Shown here: one piece after another, positions 29,767 through 42,000 of the stretch
Numbering within the stretch: position 1 is the stretch's first letter
Layout: each line of letters begins with the position of its first letter
NCBI GenBank assembly: GCA_963758635.1
Contig: CAVWWD010000008.1
Coordinates: forward strand, 160,001-224,000
Origin: an uncultured Candidatus Rokubacteria bacterium
GTDB lineage: Bacteria; Methylomirabilota; Methylomirabilia; Rokubacteriales; CSP1-6
Reading direction: 5' to 3'
Length of the DNA: 64,000 bases
The notes under the pieces: model-generated
Seen by the model: the letters and a program-made list of their open reading frames with translations, nothing else
Told to the model about the DNA's origin: nothing
Database searches by the model: none
Position numbers and translations under genes: made by a program

Positions 29767-30896
29767 TCAGCCGCCGGCCATCGACAGGGCGGCGCGCGCC
29801 ACGCGCAGGGGGCTCGTGTCGCGCTGGGCCCAGTCCGCGTCGTGGAAGGCTTCCGAGATCTTCTCGAGGGGGTAGACGTGGAGACGATGCGCTCGAACGG
29901 AAAGCGGTGGAGGTTGCGCCGCAGGAAGGCGAGGGCCTCGGCGAGCGCCCACGGCGAGTAGTTCGACGTGGCGACGAGGCGCGCGCTGGCCCGCACCAGC
30001 GCGGTGGCGTCGTACGAGAAGACGTTGCCGGGCGCGATGCTGCCCACCTCGAGGTAGCAGCCGCCGCTCCGGAGCATGCGCAGGCCCTCGGGCACGACTT
30101 CCGGGTAGCCGACGAAGTCGGCGACCACGTCGGCGCCGAAGCCACCGGTGAGGTCCATCACCGCCTGCACTCGGCGCTCGGGGGTGGCGAGGTCGTCCAG
30201 CGACAGCGCGTGGTCGGCGCCGAAGGCGCGCGCCAGCGCGAGGCGCTCGACGATGCGGTCGAGGACGATGATGCGGTCGGCGCCCATGTCGCGCGCCACC
30301 GCCACCGCGTTGAGGCCGAGCCCGCCGGCGCCCTGGATGACCACGCAGTGGCCGAAGCCGAGGCCCGCGCGCGACAGGCCGTAGAGCACCTGGGACAGCG
30401 CGCAGTTGGCGGGCGTGGCGATGTCGTCGGGGACCTCGTCGGGAAGCCGGAAGATGCTGTGGTTCGGCCGGAGGTAGTAGTAGTCCCCGTACGCGTTGTT
30501 GAAGTAGGGCGGCGTGCCCGCCACGCGGTTGGCGCGCGCCTTCCGGGGACAGGCGCCCGGCTCGCCGTGCAGGCAGACCGGGCAGCGCCCGCAGGGAAAG
30601 AAGTAGCAGAACGTCACGCGGTCGCCCTCGCGCAGCGGCGCCCCCAGGGAGTCGGTGGAGACGCCGGCGCCGAGGCGCTCCACGCGCCCGCACATCTCGT
30701 GCCCGAACGTGAGGTTGGCGGGCACGGCGCCGTACACCTCCTTCATCTCGCCGCGCCAGATGTGGAGGTCGGAGCCGCAGATGCCCGCGCGCGTCAGCGT
30801 CACCAAAATGGCACCCGGCTCGGGATCCGGCACCGGGTACTCGCGCAACTCGAACTCACCGCCGTAGGCCCGCAGCACCGCCACTCGACCGTTCAT
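29767..30896 (-). CDS. zinc-binding alcohol dehydrogenase (MDR family; frameshift near 29880)
   Basis: GICGSDLH, GHEMCG, CGRCPVC..C, GAGGLG. Confidence 0.88.
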
Positions 30897-31019
30897 CGCG
30901 CGCCCTCCCCAGAGGGACGGCTCGGCGGCCGCTCCCGCTGTCGCTGCGGAAGCGTGGCATCGGGTGCGCGTGCCGTCAAGGGTCGGAGCCGCGAGATACA
31001 GCGTGATACACTGCGCCGC

Positions 31020-31388
31020 ATGTCCGCCACGCCGCTCCGCGCTCCCGACGGCGACAACCCGGCCACGCCTCCCTCCGACCCGCGCTTCACCAAGGTCGCG
31101 AACTGCGATCTCTGTCGCGCCGCCCGCATCACGCCCTGGTTCCACGAGGACGAGATCTGCTGGGTGGCCGAGTGCGAGATCTGCGAGACCCCGATGGTCG
31201 TGTGGCGCTATCACGGCGTGGACCCGCCCGCCGACCATCGCGAGCACATGCGCGCGCGCCTGACCGAGGTGGCCACCCGGGAGTTCGGCGAGTTCTACGT
31301 GGACGACCACATGCGCAACATCCCGGATCACTACCACGCTCACGGCCGCCCCAAGGGCGGGTTCTTCGGACGCGACGCGCGCCGCTGA
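31020..31388 (+). CDS. small HIT-like, Cys/His-rich protein
   Basis: CDLC, WVAECEICETPMVVW, IPDHYHAH; TGnTACACT 7 nt upstream of the ATG. Confidence 0.7.
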   Translation: MSATPLRAPDGDNPATPPSDPRFTKVANCDLCRAARITPWFHEDEICWVAECEICETPMVVWRYHGVDPPADHREHMRARLTEVATREFGEFYVDDHMRNIPDHYHAHGRPKGGFFGRDARR

Positions 31389-31626
31389 GCGCCTTTCCAG
31401 CAGTCCCGCCCATATCTGGGATATCATCCCCGGTCGGGGCGCCTGTCTCTCTCGGGCCCCGGGGGAGGCAGGGGGTCGCTACAAGGAGTGACGTAAACCT
31501 TGACAATCCGTGGCGGCCGGACTGTGCCTCGCGAGCCCGGACGCTAATCGGTGCGGCTACTTGCGCGGCTGGCACCGTTCTTCCAACAGGAAGCCAGGTG
31601 AGCGTTTTTCCGACAGGACCAGCGAC

Positions 31627-34600
31627 GTGAGCGAGCCCTCGGACCTCCAGCGGCGGATCGCCAGCCTCACGCCCGAGCGGCGCGCCATGCTCGAGCGCTG
31701 GCTGGTCGAGTCCCGACCCACCACGGGACGGGCTCCGGGCATCCCGCGCCGGCCGCCCTCGCCGACCGCGCCGCTGTCCCACGCCCAGCAGCGGCTCTGG
31801 GTGCTCCAGCAGCTCCAGCCCGAGCTGATCGCCTACAACATGCCGCGCATCTGGCGGCTGTCCGGCGCCATCGACGTGCCCGCGCTCTCCCGCACCCTCG
31901 ATGCTCTCGTCGAGCGTCACGAGGTGCTGCGGACCACCTACCGCCACGGCGATCCCGAGCCGGTCCAGGTGATCGCCGAGAACGTCTCCGTGGACATGCC
32001 GGTCGTCGATCTCACCGGGCTCGACGCGGACGCCCGCGAAGCCGAGATGCTGCGGCGCCTCGCCGATGAGGCGCGCCGCCCGTTCGACCTCGCATCGCCT
32101 CCGGTGCTGCGCGCGATGCTCGTCCGCATGGGCCCGGAGGAGCACGTGCTCCTGGTGGCCAACCACCACATCTGCTCCGACGGCTGGTCGGTGGGGATCA
32201 TGGTCCGGGAGATGTCCGCGCTCTACGCCGCCTTCAGCGAGGGCCGCGAGCCGTCCCTCGCGCCGCTGCCCGTCCAGTACGCGGACTACGCGGTGTGGCA
32301 GCGCGGCTGGCTGGAAGGGCCCGCCCTCCGCGATCAGCTCGGCTACTGGCGCGAACGCCTGGCCGGGGCGCCGCCCGAGCTCGAGCTGCCCGCCGATCGC
32401 CCGCGCCCGCGCGAGCAGAGCTACCGCGGGTCGCGGCAGCTCGTGACGATGCCGCCGGCGCTGGCCGCGGCGGTGCGCGCGCTGAGCCGCGCCGAGCGCG
32501 CCACGCCCTTCATGACGCTGCTCACCGCCTTCTACACGCTGCTCTTCCGGCACACCGGGCAGCCCGACCTCGTGGTGGGCACGGCCATCGCCGGGCGCAC
32601 GCGGATCGAGACCGAGCCGCTGATCGGCTTCTTCGTGAACACGCTCGCGCTGCGCGGCGACTGCTCGGGCGACCCGACGTTCCGCGAGCTGCTCACCCGC
32701 GTGCGCACCGCCGCGCTCTCTGCCTACGCCAACCAGGACGTGCCGTTCGAGAAGCTCGTCCAGGAGCTCCGGCCGGAGCGGCGGCTCGATCGATCGCCGC
32801 TCGTGCAGGTGATGTTCGTCCTCCAGGACGGGACCCGTCCCGAGCTGGTGATGCCCGGCGTGACCGTCGCGCCGGTGGAGCTCCCCGCGCGGTCCGCCCA
32901 GTTCGACCTGAGCCTGTCCGTGACCGACACGCCGGCCGGGCTGTCGGTGCGCGGGGAGTACAGCTCGGACCTCTTCGACGCGTCCACGGTGGCGCGCTTC
33001 CTCGGCCACTACCAGCGCGTGCTCGAAGGCGCGGTGGCCGACCCCGCGCGGCGGATCTCCGCCATCCCGATCCTCTCCGCGCCGGAGCGCGGGCAGGCGC
33101 TCGTGGAGTGGAACGCGCCCCGGCCGGGAGCGGGCGCCGTGTCCTGCCTGCACGCGCTGTTCGAGGCGCAGGCGGCCCGGCGCCCGGAGGCCGTGGCGGT
33201 GTCGCTCGGCGCCGAGCGCCTCACCTACGGCGACCTGAACGCGCGGGCGAACCGGCTCGCGAGCTTCCTGCGCCGGGCCGGCGTGGGGCCGGACGTGCTC
33301 GTCGGCATCTGCCTCGAGCCCTCGCTGGATCTGATCGTCGGCCTGCTCGCCATCCTCAAGGCGGGAGGCGCGTACCTGCCGCTCGACCCCGCGTACCCGG
33401 CGGACCGCCTCGCCTTCATGATGGACGACGCGCGGATCGCCGCGCTCCTGACCGAGCGCCGCCACGTGGACCGTCTGCCGCCCGGCCGGGCGCCCGTCAT
33501 CTGCATGGACGACGGGCTCGACGCGACGGAGAGCGACGCCGACCCGAAGGTCGAGGTCGATCCGCAGAACCTCGCCTACGTCATCTACACGTCCGGCTCG
33601 TCGGGCCGCCCCAAGGGCACGCTCATCACGCATGCGAACGTGTCGCGGCTGCTCGACGCCACGCGGCACTGGTTCGAGTTCGGCGAGGGCGACGTGTGGA
33701 CGCTGTTCCACTCCTACGCGTTCGACTTCTCGGTGTGGGAGATGTGGGGAGCCCTCGCCTACGGCGGGCGGCTGGTCGTGGTGCCGTACATGACGAGCCG
33801 GTCGCCGGCGGAGTTCCACGCGCTGCTGCGGGCGGAGGGCGTCACCGTGCTGAACCAGACGCCGTCCGCGTTCCGCCAGCTGATCGCCGCGGACGGCGAG
33901 GCCGGGCCGGGCGGCCGCGGTCTCGCGCTCCGCGCCGTCGTCTTCGGCGGCGAGGCGCTCCCGCTCGAGAGCCTGATGCCGTGGGTGGAGCGACACGGTG
34001 ACCGGGCCCCGCGCCTCATCAACATGTACGGGATCACCGAGACCACGGTGCACGTGACGTATCGGCCGCTCTCCGCCGACGAGATCCGCCGCGCCGGGGG
34101 AAGCGTGATCGGCGCCCCGATCCCCGACCTGCAGCTCTACGTGCTCGACCGCGCCATGGAGCCGGTGCCCATCGGCGTCGCGGGCGAGCTCTACGTCGGC
34201 GGCGCCGGGCTGGCCCGCGGGTACCTGGACCGTCCCGACCTCAGCGCGGAGCGGTTCCTGCCCGATCCGTTCGCCGGCGAGCCCGGGCGCCGGCTGTACC
34301 GCACGGGCGACCTCGCGCGCCGGCTCGCCGACGGCGACCTGGAATACCTCGGCCGCGCCGACCACCAGGTGAAGCTGCGCGGCTATCGCATCGAGCTGGG
34401 CGAGATCGAGGCGGCGCTCCGCGGGCTGCCGGGCGTGACCGACGTGGCCGTGGACCTCCGCCAGGCCGGATCGGGCGACGCCCGGCTCGTGGCCTACGTG
34501 GTGTTCGCGGGCGCCCGCCTGGCCCCCGCGGAGATGCGCGCCGTCCTCCGCCAGGAGCTGCCCGAGTACATGGTGCCCGCCGCGTTCGTGCCGCTCGCCG

Positions 34601-35763
34601 CGCTGCCCCTCACGCCCATGGGCAAGCTCGATCGGCGCGCGCTGCCCGCGCCCGACGAGGCCGCGCTCGAGCCGGCGGACCCGGCTGCTCCCATCGACGA
34701 TCCGCTGGTCCGCGAGCTCGCGGTGATCTGGGCCCGCGTGCTGGGCGTGCCCGCCGTGGGAGCGCGCGACAACTTCTTCGACCTCGGCGGGCACTCGCTC
34801 CTTGCCGTGCGCCTCATGGCGGAGGTGGAGCGGCGCTGGCGCCAGCGCCTGCCCCTCGTCGCCCTGTTCCGCGCGCCCACCGTCACGGACATGGCGGCGC
34901 TGCTCCGCGGCGACGGCGGGGCCGCGCTCGCCTCCACGCTGGTGGCGATCCAGCCCGCGGGCCACCTGCCGCCGCTCTTCTGCGTGCCCGAGCACACTGG
35001 CACCGTGCTCTGCTTCGAGCAGCTCGCGCGGCACCTGGCCCCCGACCAGCCGGTGTATGGGCTCGAGCCGCTCGGGCTCGACGGGCAGCGGGCCCCCCAG
35101 ACGCGCATCGAGGACATGGCGACGCATTACCTGGAGCACGTCCGGGCCGTCCAGCCCGCGGGCCCGTACTTCCTTGCTGGCTACTGCTTCGGCGGACTAG
35201 TAGCCTTCGAGATGGCGCAGCAGCTCCACGCGCGCGGTGAGGCGGTGGCGCTGCTCGCCGTGTTCAACACCTATGGGCCCGAACGTCGAGCCTCGGTCGC
35301 CGGGCTGTCGCCGTTCCGCCGCTTCGCGGTGCGGAGCGCGCGGCGGATGCACGTCGAGCGCGAGAACATGCGCGTGCTGACGCTCGGCGAGAAGCTCCGC
35401 TACCTGCTCGCCCAAACGTCCCGCGTGCACACGCGGCTCCGCGCGCGCCTGGACCGTGCCCGCGCCCGCCAGGCCGACCTGGCCCCGCACCTCACGCAGG
35501 TGGTCGCCGCGCACGACGAGGCGTTTCGCGCGTACACGCCGCGCCCGTACACCGGCAACCTCACGCTGTTCTGGTCGCAGCACCGCTTCGCGCGCTCGTT
35601 CGTGGACCCGTCGTTCGGCTGGCGACGAACGATCACCGGAAAGCTCGACATCCACCTCATCCCGGCTCGCACCGGCTCGGTGATCCAGGACGCGGAGGCC
35701 GTGCCTCTGGCCGCGGCGGAGCTCCGGCAGATCGTCCAGCGGATCACGATGGCGGGGGGGTAG
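31627..35763 (+). CDS. NRPS 1: C-A(Thr-type)-T-TE
   Basis: HHICSDG; YTSGSSGRPKG; FDFSVWE/LNQTPS/NMYGITETTVH; GGHSL; TE GYCFGG. Confidence 0.95.
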   Translation: MSEPSDLQRRIASLTPERRAMLERWLVESRPTTGRAPGIPRRPPSPTAPLSHAQQRLWVLQQLQPELIAYNMPRIWRLSGAIDVPALSRTLDALVERHEVLRTTYRHGDPEPVQVIAENVSVDMPVVDLTGLDADAREAEMLRRLADEARRPFDLASPPVLRAMLVRMGPEEHVLLVANHHICSDGWSVGIMVREMSALYAAFSEGREPSLAPLPVQYADYAVWQRGWLEGPALRDQLGYWRERLAGAPPELELPADRPRPREQSYRGSRQLVTMPPALAAAVRALSRAERATPFMTLLTAFYTLLFRHTGQPDLVVGTAIAGRTRIETEPLIGFFVNTLALRGDCSGDPTFRELLTRVRTAALSAYANQDVPFEKLVQELRPERRLDRSPLVQVMFVLQDGTRPELVMPGVTVAPVELPARSAQFDLSLSVTDTPAGLSVRGEYSSDLFDASTVARFLGHYQRVLEGAVADPARRISAIPILSAPERGQALVEWNAPRPGAGAVSCLHALFEAQAARRPEAVAVSLGAERLTYGDLNARANRLASFLRRAGVGPDVLVGICLEPSLDLIVGLLAILKAGGAYLPLDPAYPADRLAFMMDDARIAALLTERRHVDRLPPGRAPVICMDDGLDATESDADPKVEVDPQNLAYVIYTSGSSGRPKGTLITHANVSRLLDATRHWFEFGEGDVWTLFHSYAFDFSVWEMWGALAYGGRLVVVPYMTSRSPAEFHALLRAEGVTVLNQTPSAFRQLIAADGEAGPGGRGLALRAVVFGGEALPLESLMPWVERHGDRAPRLINMYGITETTVHVTYRPLSADEIRRAGGSVIGAPIPDLQLYVLDRAMEPVPIGVAGELYVGGAGLARGYLDRPDLSAERFLPDPFAGEPGRRLYRTGDLARRLADGDLEYLGRADHQVKLRGYRIELGEIEAALRGLPGVTDVAVDLRQAGSGDARLVAYVVFAGARLAPAEMRAVLRQELPEYMVPAAFVPLAALPLTPMGKLDRRALPAPDEAALEPADPAAPIDDPLVRELAVIWARVLGVPAVGARDNFFDLGGHSLLAVRLMAEVERRWRQRLPLVALFRAPTVTDMAALLRGDGGAALASTLVAIQPAGHLPPLFCVPEHTGTVLCFEQLARHLAPDQPVYGLEPLGLDGQRAPQTRIEDMATHYLEHVRAVQPAGPYFLAGYCFGGLVAFEMAQQLHARGEAVALLAVFNTYGPERRASVAGLSPFRRFAVRSARRMHVERENMRVLTLGEKLRYLLAQTSRVHTRLRARLDRARARQADLAPHLTQVVAAHDEAFRAYTPRPYTGNLTLFWSQHRFARSFVDPSFGWRRTITGKLDIHLIPARTGSVIQDAEAVPLAAAELRQIVQRITMAGG

Positions 35764-35774
35764 CTCGGGGCGCC

Positions 35775-38700
35775 ATGGCGCAAGGGCCTGAGCGGTCGCC
35801 CCTGTCGTTCCAGCAGCAACGCCTGTGGCTCCTGCATCAGCTCGAGCCGGGCCTCACGGCGTACAACGTCCCCTCGGCGGTGGAGCTGGAGGGCGAGCCT
35901 CGACGCCGACGCCCTCGGGCGCGCGCTGTCCGCCCTCGTCGAGCGTCACGCCGTCCTGCGGACGACGTACGTCGCCGGCGACCTCGAGCCCGTCCAGGTC
36001 GTGGGCCCGCCCCGCCCCGTGGCGCTTCCCGTCGTGGACCTGTCGGCGGCGCCCGAGACGCGCCTCGACGCGGAGGTGACCGATCGCCTCGTGGCCGAGG
36101 CGCGGCGCCCGTTCGACTTGACGCGCGACGTGATGCTCCGCGCGCTGCTCCTCCGGCTGTCCGCCACCCGGCACGTGCTCTGCCTCGTCACCCATCACAT
36201 CGCCTCCGACGGCTGGTCACGGATCGTGCGCACGCGCGAACTGGCCGCGCTCTATGGTGCCTTCCGCGCCGGCGCCGCCCCCGACCTGCCGCCGCTGCCC
36301 ATGCAGTACGTGGACTACGCCGTCGACCAGCGCCAGCGCCTGGCTGGCGAGGCGCTCTCGGCCGAGGTCGAGTATTGGCGCGCCACGCTGGAGGGCGGAG
36401 GACCGGGAACCGAGCTGCCGACCGACTGGCCGCGGCCGCCGGCCCAGAGCTACCGCGGCGCGCTCGTCCTCGGGCTGCTGCCCCGCCGGCTTGCCGACGC
36501 GCTCCGCGCCCTCGGCCGGGCCGAGCGCGCCACGCCGTTCATGGCGCTGCTCGCCGGGTTTCAGGCGCTCCTGTGCCGCTACACCGCCCGCGACGACGCC
36601 GTCGTCGGCACGGTGATCGCCGGACGCACGCGCCCCGAGTTCGAGCCGCTCATCGGCTTTTTCGCCAACACCCTCGTGCTGCGCACCGACCTCTCCGGCC
36701 GGCCCACGTTTCGCGAGGCGATCCGCCGCGTGCGCGAGGGGGCGCTCGACGCCTACGAGCACCAGGACGTGCCGTTCGAGAAGCTGGTGCAGGAGCTCCG
36801 GCCGGAGCGGAGCCTCGCCCGCCATCCGCTCTTCCAGCTGATGTTCGTCCACCAGCGGCCGGGCACGGCCGCCTTCGAGCTGCCCGGGCTGGCCGCGCGC
36901 CCGGTGACGGTCGACGCGGGGACGTGCCACTTCGACCTGAGCCTGCACGCGACCGACACGCCCGAGGGCGTGGCCTTGCGCGCGGAGTACGCGACGGATC
37001 TCTTCCACGGTGCCTCCATCGAGGGTCTCCTCCGCCACTACCAGACGCTGCTCGCGGCGGCGGTCGCCGCGCCGGACCGGCCGCTGGCCGCGCTTCCGCT
37101 GCTGGACGAGGAGGGCCGCCGGCGTGCCGTCGTCGCGTGGAATGCGCCGCCGGCAGGCGAGGACCTGCGGCCGGCGCCGGAGGCATCGACGCTGCACGGG
37201 CTCTTCGAGGCCCAGGCCTCCCGCACGCCCGATCGGGTCGCGGTGGCGTGCGAGGGGCATGAGCTCACCTACGCCGAGCTGGACCGGCGCGCCAACCGCC
37301 TCGCCCACCGGCTGCGCGGGATGGGGGTGACATCGGGGTCGCGGGTCGGGCTCTGCGCGGACCGCTCGATCGAGATGGTCGTCGGCCTCCTCGGCGTTCT
37401 CAAGGCGGGCGCCGCCTTTGTGCCGATCGATCCCGACACACCCGAGCGCCGCGTGGAGTTCGTGATCGAGGACGCCCGGCCCGAGATGCTGCTCGTCGAT
37501 CCGGCGGCCGGCCCGCGGCTGCCCGCCGCCGCGCGTGCTCTCGCCGTCTCTCTCGACGAGGACCCGGCGGGCGCCGACGGCCGGACGCCGCCGGCGGTGG
37601 CCGGGGAGCCCGGCGCGCTCGCCTACGTCCTCTACACCTCAGGCTCCACCGGCCGGCCCAAGGGCGTGCTCGTCGAGCACCGCCAGCTCCTCGCCTACGC
37701 CTGCGCGGTCGTCGCGCGCTTCGGTCTGGCGGACGGCGGCCGCTTTGCGATGGTGCAGCCGCTGACCGTCGACTCCTGCCAGACCGTGATCTTCCCCGCG
37801 CTGGGCTGCGGCGGGACGCTGCACCTCGTGGGCCGCGAGCGCGCGCTCGACGACGCGGCGCTCGCCGAGTACATGCGGACGCAGCGTATCGACTATCTCA
37901 AGATCGCCCCCTCGCACCTCGCCGCCCTCGTCGCCGGCTCCACCGACCCCGCCGGCCTCTTGCCCGCGCGCGGGCTGTTCCTTGGAGGCGAGGCGTTGCA
38001 CTGGGGCCTCGTCGAGCGCCTGCAGGCGCTGGCGCCGCGCTGCGCGATGTGGAACCACTACGGCCCGACGGAGACGACGGTCGGAGTGCTCGCGTATCGG
38101 ATCGACGAATCGGGCCACCGGGGCCGAACGCTTTCGGTGCCGCTCGGGCGGCCGCTCGGACATGCCCGCATCTACGTGCTCGACCGCTTCGGCCATCCCC
38201 AGCCCGCGGGCGTGCCGGGCGAGATCCACGTCGGGGGCCCGGCCGTGGCGCGCGGCTATCTCGCGGGCCCCGACCTCACCGCCGCGCAGTTCGTGCCAGA
38301 CACGCTCAGCGGCGGCACGGGGGAGCGCCTGTACCGCACCGGCGACCAGGCCCGGTACCTGGCCGACGGGGCCGTGGAGTTCTTGGGACGAATCGATGAG
38401 CAGGCGAAGATCCGCGGTCTCCGCATCGAGCCCGGGGAGGTCGAGGCGGCGCTCGGCGAGCATCCCGGCGTGGCCGAGCGCGTCGTGGTCGTGCGCGCGG
38501 ACCCGGCGGGGGAGCCCGCGCTGGTCGCCTACGTCGTCGCACGGCCGGGACACGTCCTCGCCGCGCCCGAGGTGCGGGCGTTCCTCGCCGAGCGGCTGCC
38601 CGCCCCGATGATCCCGACGGCGATCGTGTCGCTCGACGCGCTGCCCCGGTTGGCGCACGGCAAGCTCGACCGGCAGGGGCTGCCCGCGCCCTCGCTCGTG

Positions 38701-39063
38701 ACGGTGCGGGAGGCCGCCGGCGAGCCGCCACGCACGGAGCCCGAGCGAGTGATCGCGGCCATCTGGGCGGAGCTGCTCGGGTTCGCCGCGGTGGGCCGCG
38801 ACGACGACTTCTTCGGCCTGGGTGGGCACTCGCTCCTCGGCGTGCGCCTGATCTCCCGCCTGCGCGCGACCTTCGGAATGCCCGTGCCGTTCCGGCTGCT
38901 CTTCGAGGCGCCCACCGTGGCGGGCATGGCCGCCTGGGTGGCGGCCCGCGGCGATGCCGACGACCTCGCCGACCTGGAAGCGCTCTCCGAGGAGGAGGCG
39001 GAGGCGGCGCTCGCGCGCGAGCTGGACCGCCGCCGAACGGATCGACCCGCCACCGATGGCTGA
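35775..39063 (+). CDS. NRPS 2: C-A(Asp-like)-T with acidic C-terminal docking helix (frameshift near 35897)
   Basis: LSFQQQRLW; HHIASDG; YTSGSTGRPKG; LKIAPSH; NHYGPTETTVG; GGHSL; tail DLEALSEEEAEAAL. Confidence 0.92.
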
Positions 39064-42000
39064 TCGCGCCTCTCGTATCGCCGGGCTGTCGCCGGCCAAG
39101 CAGGCCCTCCTTGCCCTGCGTCGCCAGGCCGAGGGGCGGGCCGCGCGCATCCCGCGCGCGCCCCGACGCGACGCGGACCCGCTGTCGTTCGCGCAGGAAC
39201 GCTTCTGGTTCCTGCACCAGCTCGACGCCGCCGCCCCGAACCTCAACCTGTTGCGGGCCTACCGTCTCTCGGGTCCGCTCGACGCGGCGGCCCTCGAGCG
39301 CGCCGTCGCCGGGTGATCGCGCGCCACGACGTGCTGCGCGCGACGATCGCGCTCGACGCCGACGCCCGGCCCGTCCAGGTGCGCGACGGCGCCGCGCCGG
39401 TCCTCGAGACGGTGGACCTCACTCACGTGCCCCCCGCCGAGCGCGGCGAGGCGGCCCGCCGGCACGTCGACGAGGTCGGCCGGACCCCGTACGACCTCGC
39501 CCGCGGGCCGCTGGTCAGGGCCCGGCTCGTGCGGCTGTCCGCGGAGGACCATCTCTTCGTCATGTCGCTGCATCACATCGTGGGTGACGCCTGGTCGTTC
39601 TCGGTGCTGATGGGCGACGTCACCGCGGCCTACGCCGCGATCCTCGCGGGGCGGCCGGGGCTGGCCGAGCTGCCCATCCAGTACGCGGACTTCGCCGCCT
39701 GGCAGCAGGACGTGGTCGCCAGCGGCCAGCTGGATGGCGAGCTGGCGTACTGGCGCGGCAAGCTGAGCGGCGCCCGGGAGGCCCGGATGGCCGCGGACTG
39801 GCCGTACCCGGCCGTGCGCACCCACGCGGGCGCCCGCGAGCGGCTGCGCCTGCCCCCGCCCGTCGCCGACGCGCTGCTCGCGCTCGGCCGGAGCGAGGGG
39901 CGAGCCCGTTCATGGTCCTCCTCGCCGGCCTCGCCACCCTGCTCCATCGCCAGAGCGGGGAGGAGGACGTGTCCATCGGCTCGCCGATCGCGGTGCGGAA
40001 CCGGATCGAGCTCGAGCCCCTCGTGGGCTGCCTGCTCAACACGCTCGTGCTCCGCATGGACCTGTCGGGCGCGCCGACGTTCCGCGAGCTGCTCCGCCGG
40101 GCCCGCGCGACCGCGCTCGAGGCCTACGAGCACCAGGAGGTGCCCATCGAGCGCCTGCTCGCCGAGCTCCGGCCGATGCGGCTCGGCAGTCGCGCGCCGC
40201 TGTTTCAGGTGATGCTCAACATGCACGACGTGTCGCACGCGTTCGCCCTGGAAGGCGTGCGCGTGGAAGAGGTGCGCCCGGACCGGCGCGGGGCCTTCTT
40301 CGACATGACCGTCTACTTCCGCCGGGACGACGAGGGCGCGCTCGGCCTCATCCTCGCGTACAGCCGCGACCTCTACGAGGCCCCGCGGGCGCGCGACGTC
40401 CTGGCCCAGCTCGGCGGGCTCCTCGAGCACGCCGCCCGCGATCCCGATCGCCGGCTCGCCGGCTTCTCGCTGCTCACGGAAGGGGCGCGCGCCGCCCTGC
40501 CCGACCCTCGGCTGCCGCTGGATGCGAGCTGGAAGGGGGCCGTGCACGAGGGATTCGCGGCGCAGGCCCGGCGCCATCCCGACCGCCTCGCTGTCCAGGA
40601 CGACGCCGGCGCATGGACCTACGGAGAGCTCGACGCCCATAGCAGCCGGATCGCCCACCACCTCCGCGCGGGTGGGGTCGGATCCGAGGAGGTCGTGCTG
40701 ATCTACGCCCGCCGCAGCGCCCCGCTCGTGGCCGCCATGCTGGGCGTGCTGCGGGCGGGGGCGGCGTTCAGCATCCTGGACCCAGCGCATCCCGAGCGCC
40801 GGCTCCTCGAGTGCGCGCGGCAGGCGCGCCCGCGCGGCTGGATCGAGATCGACGGCGCGCCACCGCCGCCGGCCGAGCTGGCGGCGTTCGCCGAGGCCGT
40901 GCCGTGCCGCTGCCGACTCGGCCCCGGGCTCGCGGCGGTCACCGCCTCGGGCGCACCGCTGTCCGCCCATCCCGCGTGGGCGCCGGACGTGGTGGTCGGG
41001 CCGGACAGCCTGGCCTGTGTCACGTTCACGTCGGGGTCCACCGGGCAGCCAAAGGGCGTGCTCGGTCTCCACGGCTCGCTCTCCCATTTCCTTCCGTGGC
41101 AGGCCGAGGCCTTCGGTCTCGTCGAGACGGACCGCTTCAGCATGCTGTCCGGGCTCGCCCACGACCCGATCCAGCGCGACGTGTTCACGCCGCTCTGGGT
41201 CGGCGCATCGATCGTGGTCCCCGACCCCGACCGCATGATGGAGCCGGGCTGGCTCGCCGACTGGGCGGCGGAGAGCGCGATCAGCGTGCTACAGCTCACG
41301 CCCGCCATGCTCCAGGTGCTCGCCGAGACCGCGGCGCCGGGGCGGCTCGCCGGCCTCCGGCTGGCGTTCACCGTGGGTGACGTCCTGACCCGCCACGACG
41401 TGGCGCGGTTGCGCGAGGTGGCGCCGCGGGTCACCCACGTCAACTACTACGGGGCCACCGAGACCCAGCGGGCGCTCGGGCATCACGTTGTCCCCGCCGA
41501 CGACGCGTCCGGGCCCGACGTGCTGCCGCTCGGGCGTGGGCTGCCGGACGCCCAGCTCCTGGTCGCTCAACCGCACGGGCGCGCTGGCCAGCGTGGGCGA
41601 GCTGGGCGAGATCCACGTGCGGAGTCCGCATCTGGCCCGCGGCTACCTCGACGACGATGCGCTCACGCGCGATCGCTTCCTGGTCAACCCTTTCACCGGC
41701 GACCGGGACGACCGCCTGTACCGGACAGGGGACCTCGGACGCTACCGCGCCGACGGCGTCGTGCAGTTCGCGGGGCGCGTGGACAGCCAGGTCAAGGTGC
41801 GGGGCTTCCGCGTGGAGCTGGGCGAGGTCGAGGCCGCGCTACGCGCGCACCCCGACGTTGGCGACGCCGTGGTCGTGCCGTGCCAGGACCAGCCGGGTGA
41901 GGTTCGCCTGGTGGCCTATCTCACCGCCGGCACGGACGTTCCTCACGCCGTCCGCGCTCCAGCGCTTCGTCGGCGAACGGCTGCCCGCCTTCATGGTCCC

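Noticed and set aside
31389..31626. Riboswitch or strong promoter upstream of NRPS 1
   Set aside because: TTGACA at 31500 has no convincing -10 at 16-18 nt, and I recognise no aptamer consensus; an Rfam scan is needed
31129..35139. 1336-aa antisense ORF and many other long shadow ORFs
   Set aside because: Stop-poor antisense or alternate frames of GC-rich genes, with no recognisable motifs
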